The notes under the pieces: generated by a model
What the model was told of the DNA's origin: nothing
What the model saw: the letters and a program-made list of their open reading frames with translations, nothing else
Databases searched by the model: none
NCBI GenBank assembly: GCA_002878215.1
Contig: PNJC01000044.1
Location: 1-56,175, forward strand
Reading direction: 5' to 3'
Source: Hydrogenobaculum sp.
GTDB lineage: Bacteria > Aquificota > Aquificia > Aquificales > Aquificaceae
DNA: 56,175 nucleotides
Program-made: the position numbers and the translations under genes
Shown: positions 18,808 to 30,074 of the stretch, piece after piece
Layout of the letters: every line of letters begins with the position of its first letter
How positions within the stretch are numbered: position 1 is the first letter of the stretch

Positions 18808-19947
18808 ATGCAGATATTTTTGTTTTTTATATCATGGTTCTTCTGGACCTTGATGGTGGCTTGGTTTTCTTTTAACCTTTTAAAACCCCACTACGGAAGA
18901 CCTTATCCAGTGCATTTTAAGTATGAGCCTTCTTTTTTTAACCATTTTATGCATTGGGACGCTGTTTGGTATACACATATAGCAGTTTACGGTTATAGAA
19001 ATTCAACGGTACATATTCCCACTATAGCGTTTTTCCCTGGTTACCCTCTTATAATGAAATTTATACACATTGTTGTAGGAAAGGATATATCGTTCTTATA
19101 TATACTGCCTGCTATCATTTTCCAAGGGGCTTCCATATATATGCTTTATCTTCTTCTAAAAGCCCTAAACAAAAAAGAATCAACTATTTATATGACTATA
19201 CTTTTATTTGCTTTTTATCCATCTTCTTTTTTTGGTATGTCCGCGTATCCTGTTTCTGCCTTAAACTTTTTTGCTATAAGCGTATTCTATCTTCTTATAA
19301 AACGACAACAGTTGTTGGCTAGTGTTTTAGCTGGTCTCGGGACACTTTTTGGTCCTTTGGCAGTATTTTTATCTTTTGTTGTATTTTTTGATATCGTTAA
19401 AAGCAAAAAAACCACTGACTATCCAAAGGCTATTTTGTATGGCGCTTTATCTCTTTGGGGGTTCTTTGCTTTTGTTTTGTATAGCTTTTACAAATTTAAA
19501 GATCCAATAGCTTTTATTCATGCTCAAGACTGGTGGGGTAAGCCTACGTTGTTAAAACGTATATCAAATATACTCATGCTAATTCCGCACGATATACCTT
19601 CCCATCCTATATCAACGCCACTTGGGGTTTACGAATTTGATCATTTTATAAACTTGCTAATTATGATAGCCTACATACTTATAATTGTGTTTGCTATTGA
19701 TAAATTACCTTTGCACTATACGCTGTTCGCAATTCTTATATTGGCTGAGTACTTATGGGCTTTAGGGGGTATTTTTATCAACACAAGCGCTTTTGCAAGA
19801 CTATCTTATATAAGCGTGCCGCTTTTTATAGCACTTGCTAATTTCCTTGAAGATTATCCATGGTTGATAGGCATAATATCACCGCTTTTTTTCTTTGCAA
19901 ATTTTGTATTAGAGGCTTTGTTTGTAAAAAACTACTGGTCTATATAA
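18808..19947 (+). CDS. GT-C fold membrane mannosyltransferase family protein (PIG-V-like)
   Basis: HWDAVWYTHIAVYGY...AFFPGYP motif; multiple TM helices; FIHAQDWWG. Confidence 0.75.
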   Translation: MQIFLFFISWFFWTLMVAWFSFNLLKPHYGRPYPVHFKYEPSFFNHFMHWDAVWYTHIAVYGYRNSTVHIPTIAFFPGYPLIMKFIHIVVGKDISFLYILPAIIFQGASIYMLYLLLKALNKKESTIYMTILLFAFYPSSFFGMSAYPVSALNFFAISVFYLLIKRQQLLASVLAGLGTLFGPLAVFLSFVVFFDIVKSKKTTDYPKAILYGALSLWGFFAFVLYSFYKFKDPIAFIHAQDWWGKPTLLKRISNILMLIPHDIPSHPISTPLGVYEFDHFINLLIMIAYILIIVFAIDKLPLHYTLFAILILAEYLWALGGIFINTSAFARLSYISVPLFIALANFLEDYPWLIGIISPLFFFANFVLEALFVKNYWSI

Positions 19948-20207
19948 TTACTCTTTTTGGCTTTTAGAAAGTAAAAACTTACCGTAGATATTTGAGCCAA
20001 CAAAATACCAACCATAAAGTATGTAATATCAAAAGCCAAACGCTTGTTTATGTATAAAAACACCATAGAAAACACTATCAGCGATAAAATCCACCCTATA
20101 TAATATAGATATTTTTTGCCAAATATAAATTTAATTCTCATTTTTAATACAGCAAAATAAGCCAAACCCATTGTAAAACCAGCTATAAAACCTTCAAATA
20201 TTTTCAT
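19932..20207 (-). CDS. Small membrane protein (about 3 TM), weak AtpR/AtpI-like resemblance
   Basis: Coupled to the end of the antiporter gene; hydrophobic; GFxxGLAYFxxL N-terminus. Confidence 0.6.
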   Translation of the reverse strand: MKIFEGFIAGFTMGLAYFAVLKMRIKFIFGKKYLYYIGWILSLIVFSMVFLYINKRLAFDITYFMVGILLAQISTVSFYFLKAKKSNYIDQ

Positions 20208-21351
20208 CTTTTACATAAAACCTTGCAAAAATTTTAAACATTATAGGATAGACAAGTGAACTAAACACAGTGCCTATCAATATTGCTACGCCTTGATCCG
20301 GCGTTATATACTTAATATCTGAAAGTATCTTGATAGATGCTATTAAAAGCGTAAATGGAAAACTTATAAACAAACTAACAAATGGCAATTCCACCAATCT
20401 AAAACCAGCCAAAAGCAAAATAAAAGATATACCAAACCTTGCAAAAAATAAAACAGTGCCTATCGTTATACCGCTCATAAGAATATTCTTGCTGATATAA
20501 TCTATGTTTAAACTAAAACCCGTGTACACAAAAAACAAAGGCACAAAAAAACCAAAGGCCATATCGTAAAAGCTTTTGTTTATGACCTCTTTTTTTCTTA
20601 TCACATACCCTAATACCATACCGCTTAACATAGAGCCAAGTATTGGTTCCATACCTATAAGTTCAAACAAAGAAGCTGATATGAACGTTGTAAAAAGAGC
20701 CAGTCTTATAAAAATATGAGTGTTCTCCAAAGATATACTTTTCACAACTGTTCTATATTCTTTTAGTTTGTTTTTTAGAGCTTTTGCAAACACGATGGCC
20801 AATATAAGGACAACGTAAGTTATTATTGTTTTTACGATGGCTTGCACAACCCCAAACTTTAGCAATGCATTTACAAAACTTATATAGAATATACTGCTAA
20901 CTTCACCTACGCTACCCAATATTAAAAGCTTTTGCCCTAAATCAGTCTCTATTATATTCGATTCTTTTAATATCGGTAAACCAAGTCCTACGGATATTAG
21001 CGGCGCAACTACCATGTAAGAGTGCCCTAAGCCAATCGACAATGCACTTAAGAAGGAAAACGGTATTAGCATAAATACGTATAAAAATATAAATATTAGC
21101 TCCCTAGGCTTGAACTCTTCCATAAAATCAAAATCCACTTCAAAACCAGCCAAAAACATCAAAATAAGAAAACCTACGTAAGATATAAAAGCTACTTCGC
21201 TTTTGTTTGGTATGCCTTTCTCTAAAATTGTTCCAAACAATATACCTATTATAAATTCTACTAAAACAAGAGGAATTCTAACATAGTAAGATATAATAGG
21301 ACTTACGATAGCCACCAACATACCTATTATTATTGGTAAATGATGTATCAT
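20194..21351 (-). CDS. Cation:proton antiporter (CPA2/KefB-like membrane domain)
   Basis: GFLILMFLAGFEVD, ILGSMLSG, GFFVPLFFVYTG motifs; about 12 TM helices. Confidence 0.88.
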   Translation of the reverse strand: MIHHLPIIIGMLVAIVSPIISYYVRIPLVLVEFIIGILFGTILEKGIPNKSEVAFISYVGFLILMFLAGFEVDFDFMEEFKPRELIFIFLYVFMLIPFSFLSALSIGLGHSYMVVAPLISVGLGLPILKESNIIETDLGQKLLILGSVGEVSSIFYISFVNALLKFGVVQAIVKTIITYVVLILAIVFAKALKNKLKEYRTVVKSISLENTHIFIRLALFTTFISASLFELIGMEPILGSMLSGMVLGYVIRKKEVINKSFYDMAFGFFVPLFFVYTGFSLNIDYISKNILMSGITIGTVLFFARFGISFILLLAGFRLVELPFVSLFISFPFTLLIASIKILSDIKYITPDQGVAILIGTVFSSLVYPIMFKIFARFYVKDENI

Positions 21352-24233
21352 ACAACCTCTATTTTTGAGCTACCATCCTTTGTTTTTGTTACTATCAATC
21401 TGTTTGGAAATTTTTCAGCCAAGCTTTCGACGTGTGTTATAATACCTACCATTTTATTTATATTTTGACTTAAAAGCTCCAAAGCATTACCTACTTTTTC
21501 TAGGGTTTCTTTGTCCAATGTACCAAACCCCTCATCTATGAAAAGTGATTTAAGATGCTGAGAGCCAACAGCTTCGCTGAGTGCTAAAGCAAAGCACAAA
21601 GACGTTATGAAAGTCTCACCGCCGCTTAAAGATTTTATGGGTCTTGTATTTCCAAAAGCGTCTTCTACTACTATGCTATCCTTTTCACGGGACTTTTCTT
21701 CAACTTTAAAAGAGTATGGAAACTCCATTTTTGAAGCGTATACATTGGCATGTTTTACCAGTTCTTCTATTATTTTCTGAGATATGTAGGCTTGCAGCGC
21801 ATCGCTTTTTAAATCTTGTTCCAGTCTTTCGTATATATTATACTTCTTTTCAAGCTCTTTTATAGTTTCTTCAAGCTCTTTTATCTGTTTCTCGCTTTCT
21901 TTTATCTGTTTTATTTTGGAGCTTATAGAGCCTATTTCTTGATTTATAATCTTTATATGTTCTTCCAAAGCTTCTAGCATCATTTCCAACTCCTGTGGTG
22001 GCGCTTTTTCTGCTATGCCAGCTACTTCATTTTCTTTTATCTGTATCTGTTCTTTTAAATTGGCTAATTTGGTTGTGTATTCATTGTATTTTCTTTCGTA
22101 ATCTTCTAAACTGTTCAACTCCGTCAAAACTTTTTCTTTATCTTCGATAGAAGATAATTTTGCTTCAAGCTCATTTAGTTCTTCGCTTATTGCATTTTTT
22201 TTGGCACTCAGTGAAGATATTTGTTCTTTTAAAAGCACAATACTTTTTTCATAGGTATTTATCATTTCTTTGGTATCTTCGTATATCTTTCTTTTATTTT
22301 GTATATCGTTTTTTATCTCATCTAACTTCTTCTTATATTGGTCTATAGCATTTTTCTTATTTTGCAAGTGCTCTTCTTTAACACCGTAAGATAAAAGCTC
22401 TTGTTCTAAAGCTTTCAACGATTCTTTTTTATTGTACAAATCCGATTCTAAGTCATCTTTTTGTTTGTTCAAAATGAAAAGTTGATTTTCAAGTTTATCT
22501 TTATCGCTTTTTAATTTTTCCAAAGTTTTTTGTATGTTGTCGTGATGTTCTTTTCTTTGCTTTAAATCTTTTAATTTTGGCAGCAAAGTCTCTTTTTCTA
22601 ACAATTCCTTTGTAAGGTTTTCTAAATCTTCTGACATTTTTTCCAACATTTCTTTTTTTGATTTTAACCTATCCTCTAACAACGCAATCTGGTTTTTAAT
22701 ATACTCTATATCTTTTATGATGTTGTCTTTACTTTCTATGTTTTCTAACGAAATGTGTTCTTTTTCATGATAGATACCGCCACAAACAGGACAAGTGTCA
22801 TTTTCTTTTAAAAGGGTTTTTAATATGCTGCTATGATATAAAACAATATTATTTTTGTTGGCACTTAGCTCTTGTTCTAAACCTTTTAGTTTTTCGTTGT
22901 TTTCTGAAAGCTCTTTTTCTATTTTTTTTATTTCTTCAATTAGTTTTTCTTTTTCTAAAAGTTTTTTATCTTTTTCCTTTTCCTTTAGCTGCAACTGACT
23001 TATCTTCACTGTGAGGTTTTCAATATCTTTTTCAATGGCTTCTTTGTTTTCTTCCGTTAAAAGTTTTTCATATTGCTCTATACTGGCCGATAATTTTGAT
23101 ATTTCTTCTTTAGTTATCTTTATTTGCCGTTCAACATCTTTTAGCTTGCTTTCGTCTTTTATTGTAAAAGATTCTAAGGATAACGCATTCTCTAATATAG
23201 ATATTATCTTATGACCCTTTTCTATGCGTTCTTCTTGAACTTTTGTCTGTTCGTAATCAGCTTTTGCTGTTTCAAAATTTATCAAAAGTCTATTGTATTC
23301 TTGCTCTTTTAAAAAGTACTCTTTATTTTTTTTATCAAGCTCAAACGCTGTGTTGTCTAATTCTTTTTTTAACTTTATATATCTTTCTATGTCTGATTTT
23401 AGACTAAGTTTTGGTTTTAAAAACTCAATACGACTTTTAAGAAAGGCCATATGTTCTTTTTGATTTTCTAAATTTCTATATTCGGCTTCTAGTTTGTTTA
23501 GCTCAGTTTCTAACTCCTGTTTTTTCTTAGCATTGCCAAGCCTTTCTAACAACACTTTTTTCTCTGAAGTTTTTACGCTAAGCTCTTGCTCTAAAGAGGT
23601 GAGATTTTTCTGAAGTTCCTCTACGTTTTCTTGGGTAGATTTTAAGTTATCTATCTTGAAGGCTATAGAATCTATTTCGTTTTTTAAATCCTTTTTTTGA
23701 GAAGATGCAAGCTCCCTCATTTTCTCTATTTTATCTAAATTACTCAATCTCATTATTATTTCTCTTCTTTCTTGGGGGCTCTCTGGTTTAATAAATTTTG
23801 CAAATTCCCCTTGCGGTAAAACTATTACTTTGGTAAACGTATCATAATCCATATCTAAGATTTCTTTAATTCGTTCTTCCCTTAGCTTATTTCTTTCTTC
23901 TGTAATTATTTCTTTTCCGTTTTCTTTGAAAGAAAGTACAATATTTTTACCACTTTTTAAAGACCTTTCCACCGTATAGGTTTTACCGTTTAAAGAAAAT
24001 GTTAAGGATACTCTAAAAAAATTTTTCCCTTTTGATATATAGTCCTCTTTGGAAGCACCTTTTTCAAACCTTGGACATTTACCGTAAAGCGCAAATGTTA
24101 TAGCATCTATTATGGTTGTTTTGCCGGCTCCAGTCATCCCCGTGATGGCAAATAAAGAAAGCTCTGAGAAATCTATAACAGTTTTTTCTTTGTAAGATAA
24201 AAAACCTTCTAACTCTAATACCAAAGGCCTCAT
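21348..24233 (-). CDS. sbcC: SbcC/Rad50-type SMC ATPase
   Basis: Walker A GMTGAGKT, LPQGEF, long coiled coil with CPVCG zinc hook, LSGGE, FIDEGFGTLD. Confidence 0.93.
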   Translation of the reverse strand: MRPLVLELEGFLSYKEKTVIDFSELSLFAITGMTGAGKTTIIDAITFALYGKCPRFEKGASKEDYISKGKNFFRVSLTFSLNGKTYTVERSLKSGKNIVLSFKENGKEIITEERNKLREERIKEILDMDYDTFTKVIVLPQGEFAKFIKPESPQERREIIMRLSNLDKIEKMRELASSQKKDLKNEIDSIAFKIDNLKSTQENVEELQKNLTSLEQELSVKTSEKKVLLERLGNAKKKQELETELNKLEAEYRNLENQKEHMAFLKSRIEFLKPKLSLKSDIERYIKLKKELDNTAFELDKKNKEYFLKEQEYNRLLINFETAKADYEQTKVQEERIEKGHKIISILENALSLESFTIKDESKLKDVERQIKITKEEISKLSASIEQYEKLLTEENKEAIEKDIENLTVKISQLQLKEKEKDKKLLEKEKLIEEIKKIEKELSENNEKLKGLEQELSANKNNIVLYHSSILKTLLKENDTCPVCGGIYHEKEHISLENIESKDNIIKDIEYIKNQIALLEDRLKSKKEMLEKMSEDLENLTKELLEKETLLPKLKDLKQRKEHHDNIQKTLEKLKSDKDKLENQLFILNKQKDDLESDLYNKKESLKALEQELLSYGVKEEHLQNKKNAIDQYKKKLDEIKNDIQNKRKIYEDTKEMINTYEKSIVLLKEQISSLSAKKNAISEELNELEAKLSSIEDKEKVLTELNSLEDYERKYNEYTTKLANLKEQIQIKENEVAGIAEKAPPQELEMMLEALEEHIKIINQEIGSISSKIKQIKESEKQIKELEETIKELEKKYNIYERLEQDLKSDALQAYISQKIIEELVKHANVYASKMEFPYSFKVEEKSREKDSIVVEDAFGNTRPIKSLSGGETFITSLCFALALSEAVGSQHLKSLFIDEGFGTLDKETLEKVGNALELLSQNINKMVGIITHVESLAEKFPNRLIVTKTKDGSSKIEVV

Positions 24234-24583
24234 AAATCGTCAAAGCTACCTATAGTTTCATAAGGCCATTCTAGCATTCCACCTTTTATATTAAAAGCTT
24301 CAAAGCCAAGCTGCCTTAATGCATAGGTAGCGCAAGCACTTCTACCACCGCTTAAACATATAACAAGATACTTCTTTGACCTGTCAAGCTCTTTGTAAGT
24401 TTTCATCAAGGTATCAAGAGAATAAAGCTTAGCTTCTTCTATGCGCCATTTATCATATTCCATCTTTGTTCTCACGTCCAAAAGCACATAGTCTTTATCT
24501 TTGTCTAGAAGCATTTTTGCCTCTTGAGGCGAAACTGAAGGTACCTTATCAAAACATATGTTTTCTTCAATAGGTGAAGACAT
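24230..24583 (-). CDS. Single-domain rhodanese-like sulfurtransferase
   Basis: LLDVRT, active-site loop CLSGGRS, GGMLEW. Confidence 0.9.
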   Translation of the reverse strand: MSSPIEENICFDKVPSVSPQEAKMLLDKDKDYVLLDVRTKMEYDKWRIEEAKLYSLDTLMKTYKELDRSKKYLVICLSGGRSACATYALRQLGFEAFNIKGGMLEWPYETIGSFDDL

Positions 24584-24944
24584 GGTACATATCTCTTTTC
24601 ACTTCCAATATGTTGTTTTTATCATCTACATATACAAGGTAAGGTTTAAAATAAGGCAGTTCCTCTTCTTCTACTTCTGCATAAGAAGCTATTATTATAA
24701 CATCACCTGGCATACATAACCTTGCGGCTGCACCGTTTAGCGATATTTCACCGGTTTTTCCCGGTATCACATAGGTAGAAAATCTATTTCCGTTGCTTAC
24801 GTTGTATATGTCCACTTTTTCAAATATCACAAATTTCCCAGCTTCTAAAAGCCTCTCGTCTATTGATATAGAACCTTCGTAGTTGAGATTGGCTCCTGTA
24901 ACAGTGGCTCTATGAATCTTTGCTCTTAAAATATGCCTTTTCAA
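24567..24944 (-). CDS. panD: Aspartate 1-decarboxylase
   Basis: [13 protein letters not shown] self-cleavage site, NGAAAR; TTG start with GGAGGT SD. Confidence 0.97.
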   Translation of the reverse strand: MKRHILRAKIHRATVTGANLNYEGSISIDERLLEAGKFVIFEKVDIYNVSNGNRFSTYVIPGKTGEISLNGAAARLCMPGDVIIIASYAEVEEEELPYFKPYLVYVDDKNNILEVKRDMYHVFTY

Positions 24945-24965
24945 CGAATTACCTCCTTGGAAAAT

Positions 24966-24993
24966 ATTATATTAAAATCTTATAAAAATACAA
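24966..24993 (-). promoter_or_regulatory. Putative sigma70 promoter of the panD operon (TTGTAT-16-TATAAT)
   Basis: Minus-strand hexamers at 24988-24993 and 24966-24971, upstream of the SD. Confidence 0.5.
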
Positions 24994-25000
24994 TGAAATA

Positions 25001-27769
25001 TTATACCTTTATGTTTTCAGCACATCTTGGGCATACTCCATTTACCATTGTTTCTACATACAACCAACATCTTGGGCATTTTTCACCTTTGGCTTTTTCT
25101 ATCTTAATAGGAAGCTTTGTGTACTCGCCTTCCTCACCATCGTTTTCTGCTATTTCTACTTGGCTAACCGTAAAAAATGAGTGAAGGTAATCTTTGTACT
25201 TTTCTAAAAGCCCATAAAACTCTTCATTTGGTTTTATAACAACCCTTGCCTCGTAAGGATGCTTTATAACATCTTTTTTACGCTCCATTTCTATGGCTTT
25301 CAATACATCTTTTCTAAGAAGCAAAAGTTTTTGGTAGTCTTTTAAAAGCTCCTCATCGGTAAAATTAGAAGCTTTATATTCATTCATAAATATACTTTCT
25401 GGCAGATGGTTTTCTATGCTTTTCATATAATAGTAAGTTTCTTCAGCAGTAAAACTGAGTACGGGAGAAAGAAGAATTGCAAGATTTTTAAGCAAGAAAT
25501 AAAGCGCCGTTTGGGCTGATAACCTTTCGAAAGAACCGCTTTTATGCATATAGAGTCTATCTTTTATTACATCAAAATACAAAGCTGATAAATCTACGCT
25601 GATAAATTCCATCAACCTGTGATAAAATCTGTGGTATTGATGATTTTTATAAAAACCAAAAAGCTCTTCAAAAACCTTTGAGGCATAAGCATACATATAT
25701 CTATCAAAATGGTGTAGCTTTTCCGGTGCTATAGAAAGCTCATATTTAAAATCATACAAGTTTCCAAGGAAATATCTTAACGTGTTTCTTATTTTCTTAT
25801 AATCTTCAGCTAATCGTTTTAATATAGATTTTCCAAGCTTTATATCTTCGGTGTAGTCCTCTGATATTACCCAAAGTCTCAATATATCTGCCCCGTATTC
25901 TTTTATAATCTCAAGAGGCGATATAACATTTCCTTGGGATTTTGACATCTTATGGCCTTTTTCATCTACGGTAAATCCATGGGTAACCACAGATTTAAAT
26001 GGTGCCTCTCCGTAAGAAGCTATTGATTCCAACAAAGAAGCTTGGAACCATCCCCTGTGTTGATCTGAACCCTCTAAGTAAACGTCGGCTTTTTCTATGC
26101 CTCTTGGTCTTAACACCGAAGCATGAGAAGAACCAGAGTCAAACCACACATCCAAAATATCCGTTTCTTTTGTAAACTCTTTGGAACCACATTTTTTACA
26201 TACTGTGTCTGGTGGTAAAAGCTCTTTTTCGTCTTTTTTAAACCATTCGTCGGCTCCATGCGGTGAGTTTTCAAATATTTTTGCCACGTGCTCAAATATA
26301 TGAAATTCTAAAAGAGGCTCACCACAGTGCTTGCAATAAAATATTGTTATAGGTACTCCCCAAAATCTCTGTCTTGATATACACCAATCTGGTCTATTTT
26401 GAAGCATTGAAAGCATACGGTTTTGTCCAGTCTTTGGTACCCATTTTACGTTGTAAGCTTCTTCGATGGCTTTTTCTCTTATGCTTTTATTCTGAAGTTT
26501 TTGGCTTTTAATATCAACACCTATAAACCACTGAGGAGTAGCTCTATATATTACCGGGTTTTTACAGCGCCAGCAATGAGGATAAGAGTGTAAAATCTCT
26601 TCTTCCTTTAAAAGAAAGCCTGTTTGTTTTAGATGTTCTATAATAACTTTGTTTGCTTCAAATACGCTTAAACCTCTTATAAACTCCGGAGCTTCTTCTG
26701 TGAATCTACCAGATTCATTTACCGGTGAAAACGGCTCTAAGCCATATCTTAACCCTACTATATAGTCTTCCATACCATGTCCCGGTGCCATATGGACAAA
26801 ACCTGTCCCGGTGCCAACCTCTACGAACTCAGAAGGATATATCTTGCCTGTTCTTTCTATAAAAGGATGCTGATATTCTAAACCTATAAGTTCTTTGCCT
26901 TTTATAGAGGCTATAAAATCTTTTTCTTTTGCATATTGGCTTTGTTTTTCTAACAAGAGAAGATGGTTGTTATCTTCAATAACACCGTACTCTATATCTT
27001 CGGAAGCCATCACGCCTAAGTTTGCAGGAAGTGTCCAAGGAGTAGTGGTCCAAATTACTATTGAAATAGGTTTATCTGGTAAATTTAGCTTTTGCCTTAA
27101 AATATTTTCTGATTGTTTTAAAAGCTCAAACCTTACGTATATAGATATATCTTTTTTCTCTTTGTATTCAACCTCAGCTTCTGCTTCTGCGGTTTTATCG
27201 TATATACACCAATAAACTGGCTTGTTTCCTTTGTAAAGCACGCCGTTTTGAAGGCATCTTCCTATTTCTCTTACTTCTTGAGCTTCGTATTTTGGGTCCA
27301 TTGTTAGGTACGGTTCTTCCCAATCACCCAATACACCTAATCTAACAAACTCCTCTTTTTGAATGCTTACAAACTTAGAGGCGTATTCTCTACAGAGCCT
27401 TCTAAACTCGTCCTTTGGGATGTTTTCTTTATTTATTTTTTTTGCTTTTAGCTCTTTTTCTACTTGCTGTTCTATTGGAAGACCGTGACAATCCCACCCG
27501 GGTTTATAATCCACGTCAAAGCCTTCTATCAGAGCTACTTTGCATATAATATCTTTTAAAATTTTGTTTAAAGCGTGTCCTATGTGAATGTTGCCGTTGG
27601 CATAAGGTGGTCCATCGTGCAATACAAAAAGCTGTCTTCCTTTTCTTTGTTCCCTTAATTTTTTATACAACCCTTCCCATTTTTTAAGAATTTCCGGCTC
27701 TTTTTCCGATAAATTTGCTTTCATTGGAAAGTCTGTCTTTGGCAAGTTGATAGTGTCTTTGTAATCCAT
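25001..27769 (-). CDS. ileS: Isoleucine--tRNA ligase
   Basis: [26 protein letters not shown] motifs; C-terminal CPRCW...CPRC zinc finger. Confidence 0.98.
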   Translation of the reverse strand: MDYKDTINLPKTDFPMKANLSEKEPEILKKWEGLYKKLREQRKGRQLFVLHDGPPYANGNIHIGHALNKILKDIICKVALIEGFDVDYKPGWDCHGLPIEQQVEKELKAKKINKENIPKDEFRRLCREYASKFVSIQKEEFVRLGVLGDWEEPYLTMDPKYEAQEVREIGRCLQNGVLYKGNKPVYWCIYDKTAEAEAEVEYKEKKDISIYVRFELLKQSENILRQKLNLPDKPISIVIWTTTPWTLPANLGVMASEDIEYGVIEDNNHLLLLEKQSQYAKEKDFIASIKGKELIGLEYQHPFIERTGKIYPSEFVEVGTGTGFVHMAPGHGMEDYIVGLRYGLEPFSPVNESGRFTEEAPEFIRGLSVFEANKVIIEHLKQTGFLLKEEEILHSYPHCWRCKNPVIYRATPQWFIGVDIKSQKLQNKSIREKAIEEAYNVKWVPKTGQNRMLSMLQNRPDWCISRQRFWGVPITIFYCKHCGEPLLEFHIFEHVAKIFENSPHGADEWFKKDEKELLPPDTVCKKCGSKEFTKETDILDVWFDSGSSHASVLRPRGIEKADVYLEGSDQHRGWFQASLLESIASYGEAPFKSVVTHGFTVDEKGHKMSKSQGNVISPLEIIKEYGADILRLWVISEDYTEDIKLGKSILKRLAEDYKKIRNTLRYFLGNLYDFKYELSIAPEKLHHFDRYMYAYASKVFEELFGFYKNHQYHRFYHRLMEFISVDLSALYFDVIKDRLYMHKSGSFERLSAQTALYFLLKNLAILLSPVLSFTAEETYYYMKSIENHLPESIFMNEYKASNFTDEELLKDYQKLLLLRKDVLKAIEMERKKDVIKHPYEARVVIKPNEEFYGLLEKYKDYLHSFFTVSQVEIAENDGEEGEYTKLPIKIEKAKGEKCPRCWLYVETMVNGVCPRCAENIKV

Positions 27770-27883
27770 AGATGTATATTTTACAATACTTTTTTATTAA
27801 AAGCTTCAGAAACTTAAAGCTATTATTTTAAGACTTTAACAAAGAAAACTCTATTTATGATTTTAGTTTATAATAGTTTTACT

Positions 27884-29107
27884 ATGAAAGGAATTTTTGT
27901 AAGAACACCCGGTCTTAGTTATAACGCTCATTATGTAGAGCGCATGGCTCAAAAGCTCAACCAATTTGGTATAGAGCTTATATTTTATGATATTGATTAT
28001 AACAATATAGATGCTTATGTAAACTTCTTGCAAGAGCAAAGGCCGTTTTTTGTGATGGATGTAAATGGTTCTGCTTTGGTTTACGGTGAATCCAACGGTA
28101 ATAGAGTTTCCTTATGCGATGCCTTCGGCTTTTTGCATATAAGCGTTTTTACTGAAGACCCTATGCTATATTATCCTGCTCTTTTCAACGGAAGAGAGTC
28201 TAGAAACTTTATACAAATGATAACAGACATGAAGCATGCTGATTTTTTAAGAAGCATAGGCTATCAAAATATATACTTCTTAGCTCCCTTTGTATCTGAA
28301 GATCTGTTGCAAAGACCGATATCTCAAGAGAAGGATATAAAAGTTCTTTTTCCAGGACCTATCGTAGATCCAAATATCATAATACAAGAAAGTGCAAAAA
28401 TCTTTCCGGAAGAGGTAATGCCAGTATTTGTAGAAGTTGGTGAATTCATGCGAAGAAATCCAGAAGTAGATGTTATATTTGCTGTAGAATACATGCTTCC
28501 ATTTTTTAACTATGAAATACAAGAAAAATTTTTAAAATGGAGAAATGAATCACCAGAAGCTTATATCAACTTTTTAGTAAATGTAGGGCTCTACAATACA
28601 GCAAGAAAAAGACTCTTTGTAATAAGCTTTTTGGAAGGCATAGAGATAAAGATTTTAGGAGATTCTCAGGTACCGTTAAAAGAAGGCCAAGAGGTAATCA
28701 CTGCCGAAACACAAGAAGATGTTTTAAACATATACGCCAACTCTATGATAACATTTCTCAGTTTTCCTTCAATAGTACCTTCCGGAATAGGGTTTACACC
28801 TATTGAAGTTATGTCTCAAGGTTCTTGTGCTTTTATAGATTATAGGGCGTCGCTGCCAGGATTTTTCATGCCAGACCAAGAGATAGTGGTTTATACTCCT
28901 CTTGATAGGCTTGAAATAGAAGAAAAGCTTTTGTTTTTCTTAGAAAACGAGGATCAAGCTATGGAGATTGCAAAAAATGGCCGCTCTAAAGTAGAGTCAA
29001 GTTTTACAGAAACTCAGAGAGCTCAGTTTGTAGCAGACATAATAAAGCAAATTTACGAACAATCAATTAGCAGCACAATGGATACCCAACAAGAGACTTC
29101 AAACTAA
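27884..29107 (+). CDS. Glycosyltransferase family protein (CgeB-like C-terminal domain)
   Basis: C-terminal EVMSQG...EIEEKLLFFLEN...IAKNGR GT-B-like segment; next to lpxK. Start at 27884 preferred because TATAAT lies between it and 27857. Confidence 0.6.
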   Translation: MKGIFVRTPGLSYNAHYVERMAQKLNQFGIELIFYDIDYNNIDAYVNFLQEQRPFFVMDVNGSALVYGESNGNRVSLCDAFGFLHISVFTEDPMLYYPALFNGRESRNFIQMITDMKHADFLRSIGYQNIYFLAPFVSEDLLQRPISQEKDIKVLFPGPIVDPNIIIQESAKIFPEEVMPVFVEVGEFMRRNPEVDVIFAVEYMLPFFNYEIQEKFLKWRNESPEAYINFLVNVGLYNTARKRLFVISFLEGIEIKILGDSQVPLKEGQEVITAETQEDVLNIYANSMITFLSFPSIVPSGIGFTPIEVMSQGSCAFIDYRASLPGFFMPDQEIVVYTPLDRLEIEEKLLFFLENEDQAMEIAKNGRSKVESSFTETQRAQFVADIIKQIYEQSISSTMDTQQETSN

Positions 29108-29126
29108 AACTTGATATACTTATTGA

Positions 29127-30074
29127 ATGAACTTCATAAGGAGGCTTTTGGCTCCGGCTTCTTTTCTTTACGGGGCTGGTATATGGGTTAGGAATAAGCT
29201 TTTTGATTTTAACATACTAAAAGCCAAACACCCGGGTGTTTTTGTAATATCTATAGGAAACCTAAGCGTAGGCGGAACTGGAAAAACCCAAGTTTCTATA
29301 TATCTTGCAAAAGCCTTAAAAGAGTTAAATCCTTGTATAGTGTTAAGAGGTTATAAAAGAGCGTCGAGGGAAAATCTTATAGTTAGCTCTTACGATGCAA
29401 AAACCTATGGAGATGAAGCTGTAGAGATATTTCTAAAAACCAAAGCTAACGTTGTGGTGGCTTTTAAAAGGATAGAAGGGGCTGAAATTTGTAAAAAATT
29501 AGGTTCAAAGATAATAATATTAGATGATGCTTTTTCTCATAGATATATAAAAAGGGATTTAGATATTTTGCTAATGCCAGCAAACCGTATGAAAGACCGT
29601 CTTCTTCCTTTGGGAAATCTAAGAGAGCCTTACAGTTCTATGAATAGAGCCGACGCGTTAATTATAACAAGGTTAGAATCCTTTGATATGCCCACTTTAA
29701 ACATAAACAAACCGATCTTTGGAGCAAAAGCTTTTTTTAGAGCTTTTGTTGATAAAAACTTTGAGGATGTTGATATATCTTATGTGAAAGGTAAAAGTTT
29801 TAGTATAGTTTGTGCTATAGGAGATGAAAAGCCCTTTATAAGGCTTGTTGAAAACCTATCAAAAGATATAGGTTTTAAAATAGAAGATGTTAAAATTTTT
29901 CCAGACCACTATTTTTATAAAAAAGAGGATTTAGAGTCCAATAAAAATTATATCTGCACTACAAAGGATCTTGTAAAACTTAGAGATTTTGATCAATTTA
30001 TCTTGGGAGTTGACACTACGTTAGATATTCCTGGTTTTATAGATTTTATAAAAAATAAATATGAGAAGACATAA
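29127..30074 (+). CDS. lpxK: Tetraacyldisaccharide 4'-kinase
   Basis: ISIGNLSVGGTGKT, RGYK, GDEA, ILDDAFSH, LPLGNLREP, FPDHY, TTKDLVKL motifs. Confidence 0.95.
   Translation: MNFIRRLLAPASFLYGAGIWVRNKLFDFNILKAKHPGVFVISIGNLSVGGTGKTQVSIYLAKALKELNPCIVLRGYKRASRENLIVSSYDAKTYGDEAVEIFLKTKANVVVAFKRIEGAEICKKLGSKIIILDDAFSHRYIKRDLDILLMPANRMKDRLLPLGNLREPYSSMNRADALIITRLESFDMPTLNINKPIFGAKAFFRAFVDKNFEDVDISYVKGKSFSIVCAIGDEKPFIRLVENLSKDIGFKIEDVKIFPDHYFYKKEDLESNKNYICTTKDLVKLRDFDQFILGVDTTLDIPGFIDFIKNKYEKT

Noticed and set aside
21900-23700. Low-complexity, T-rich, quasi-periodic stretch
   Set aside because: Explained by the Lys/Glu-rich coiled coil of SbcC on the minus strand
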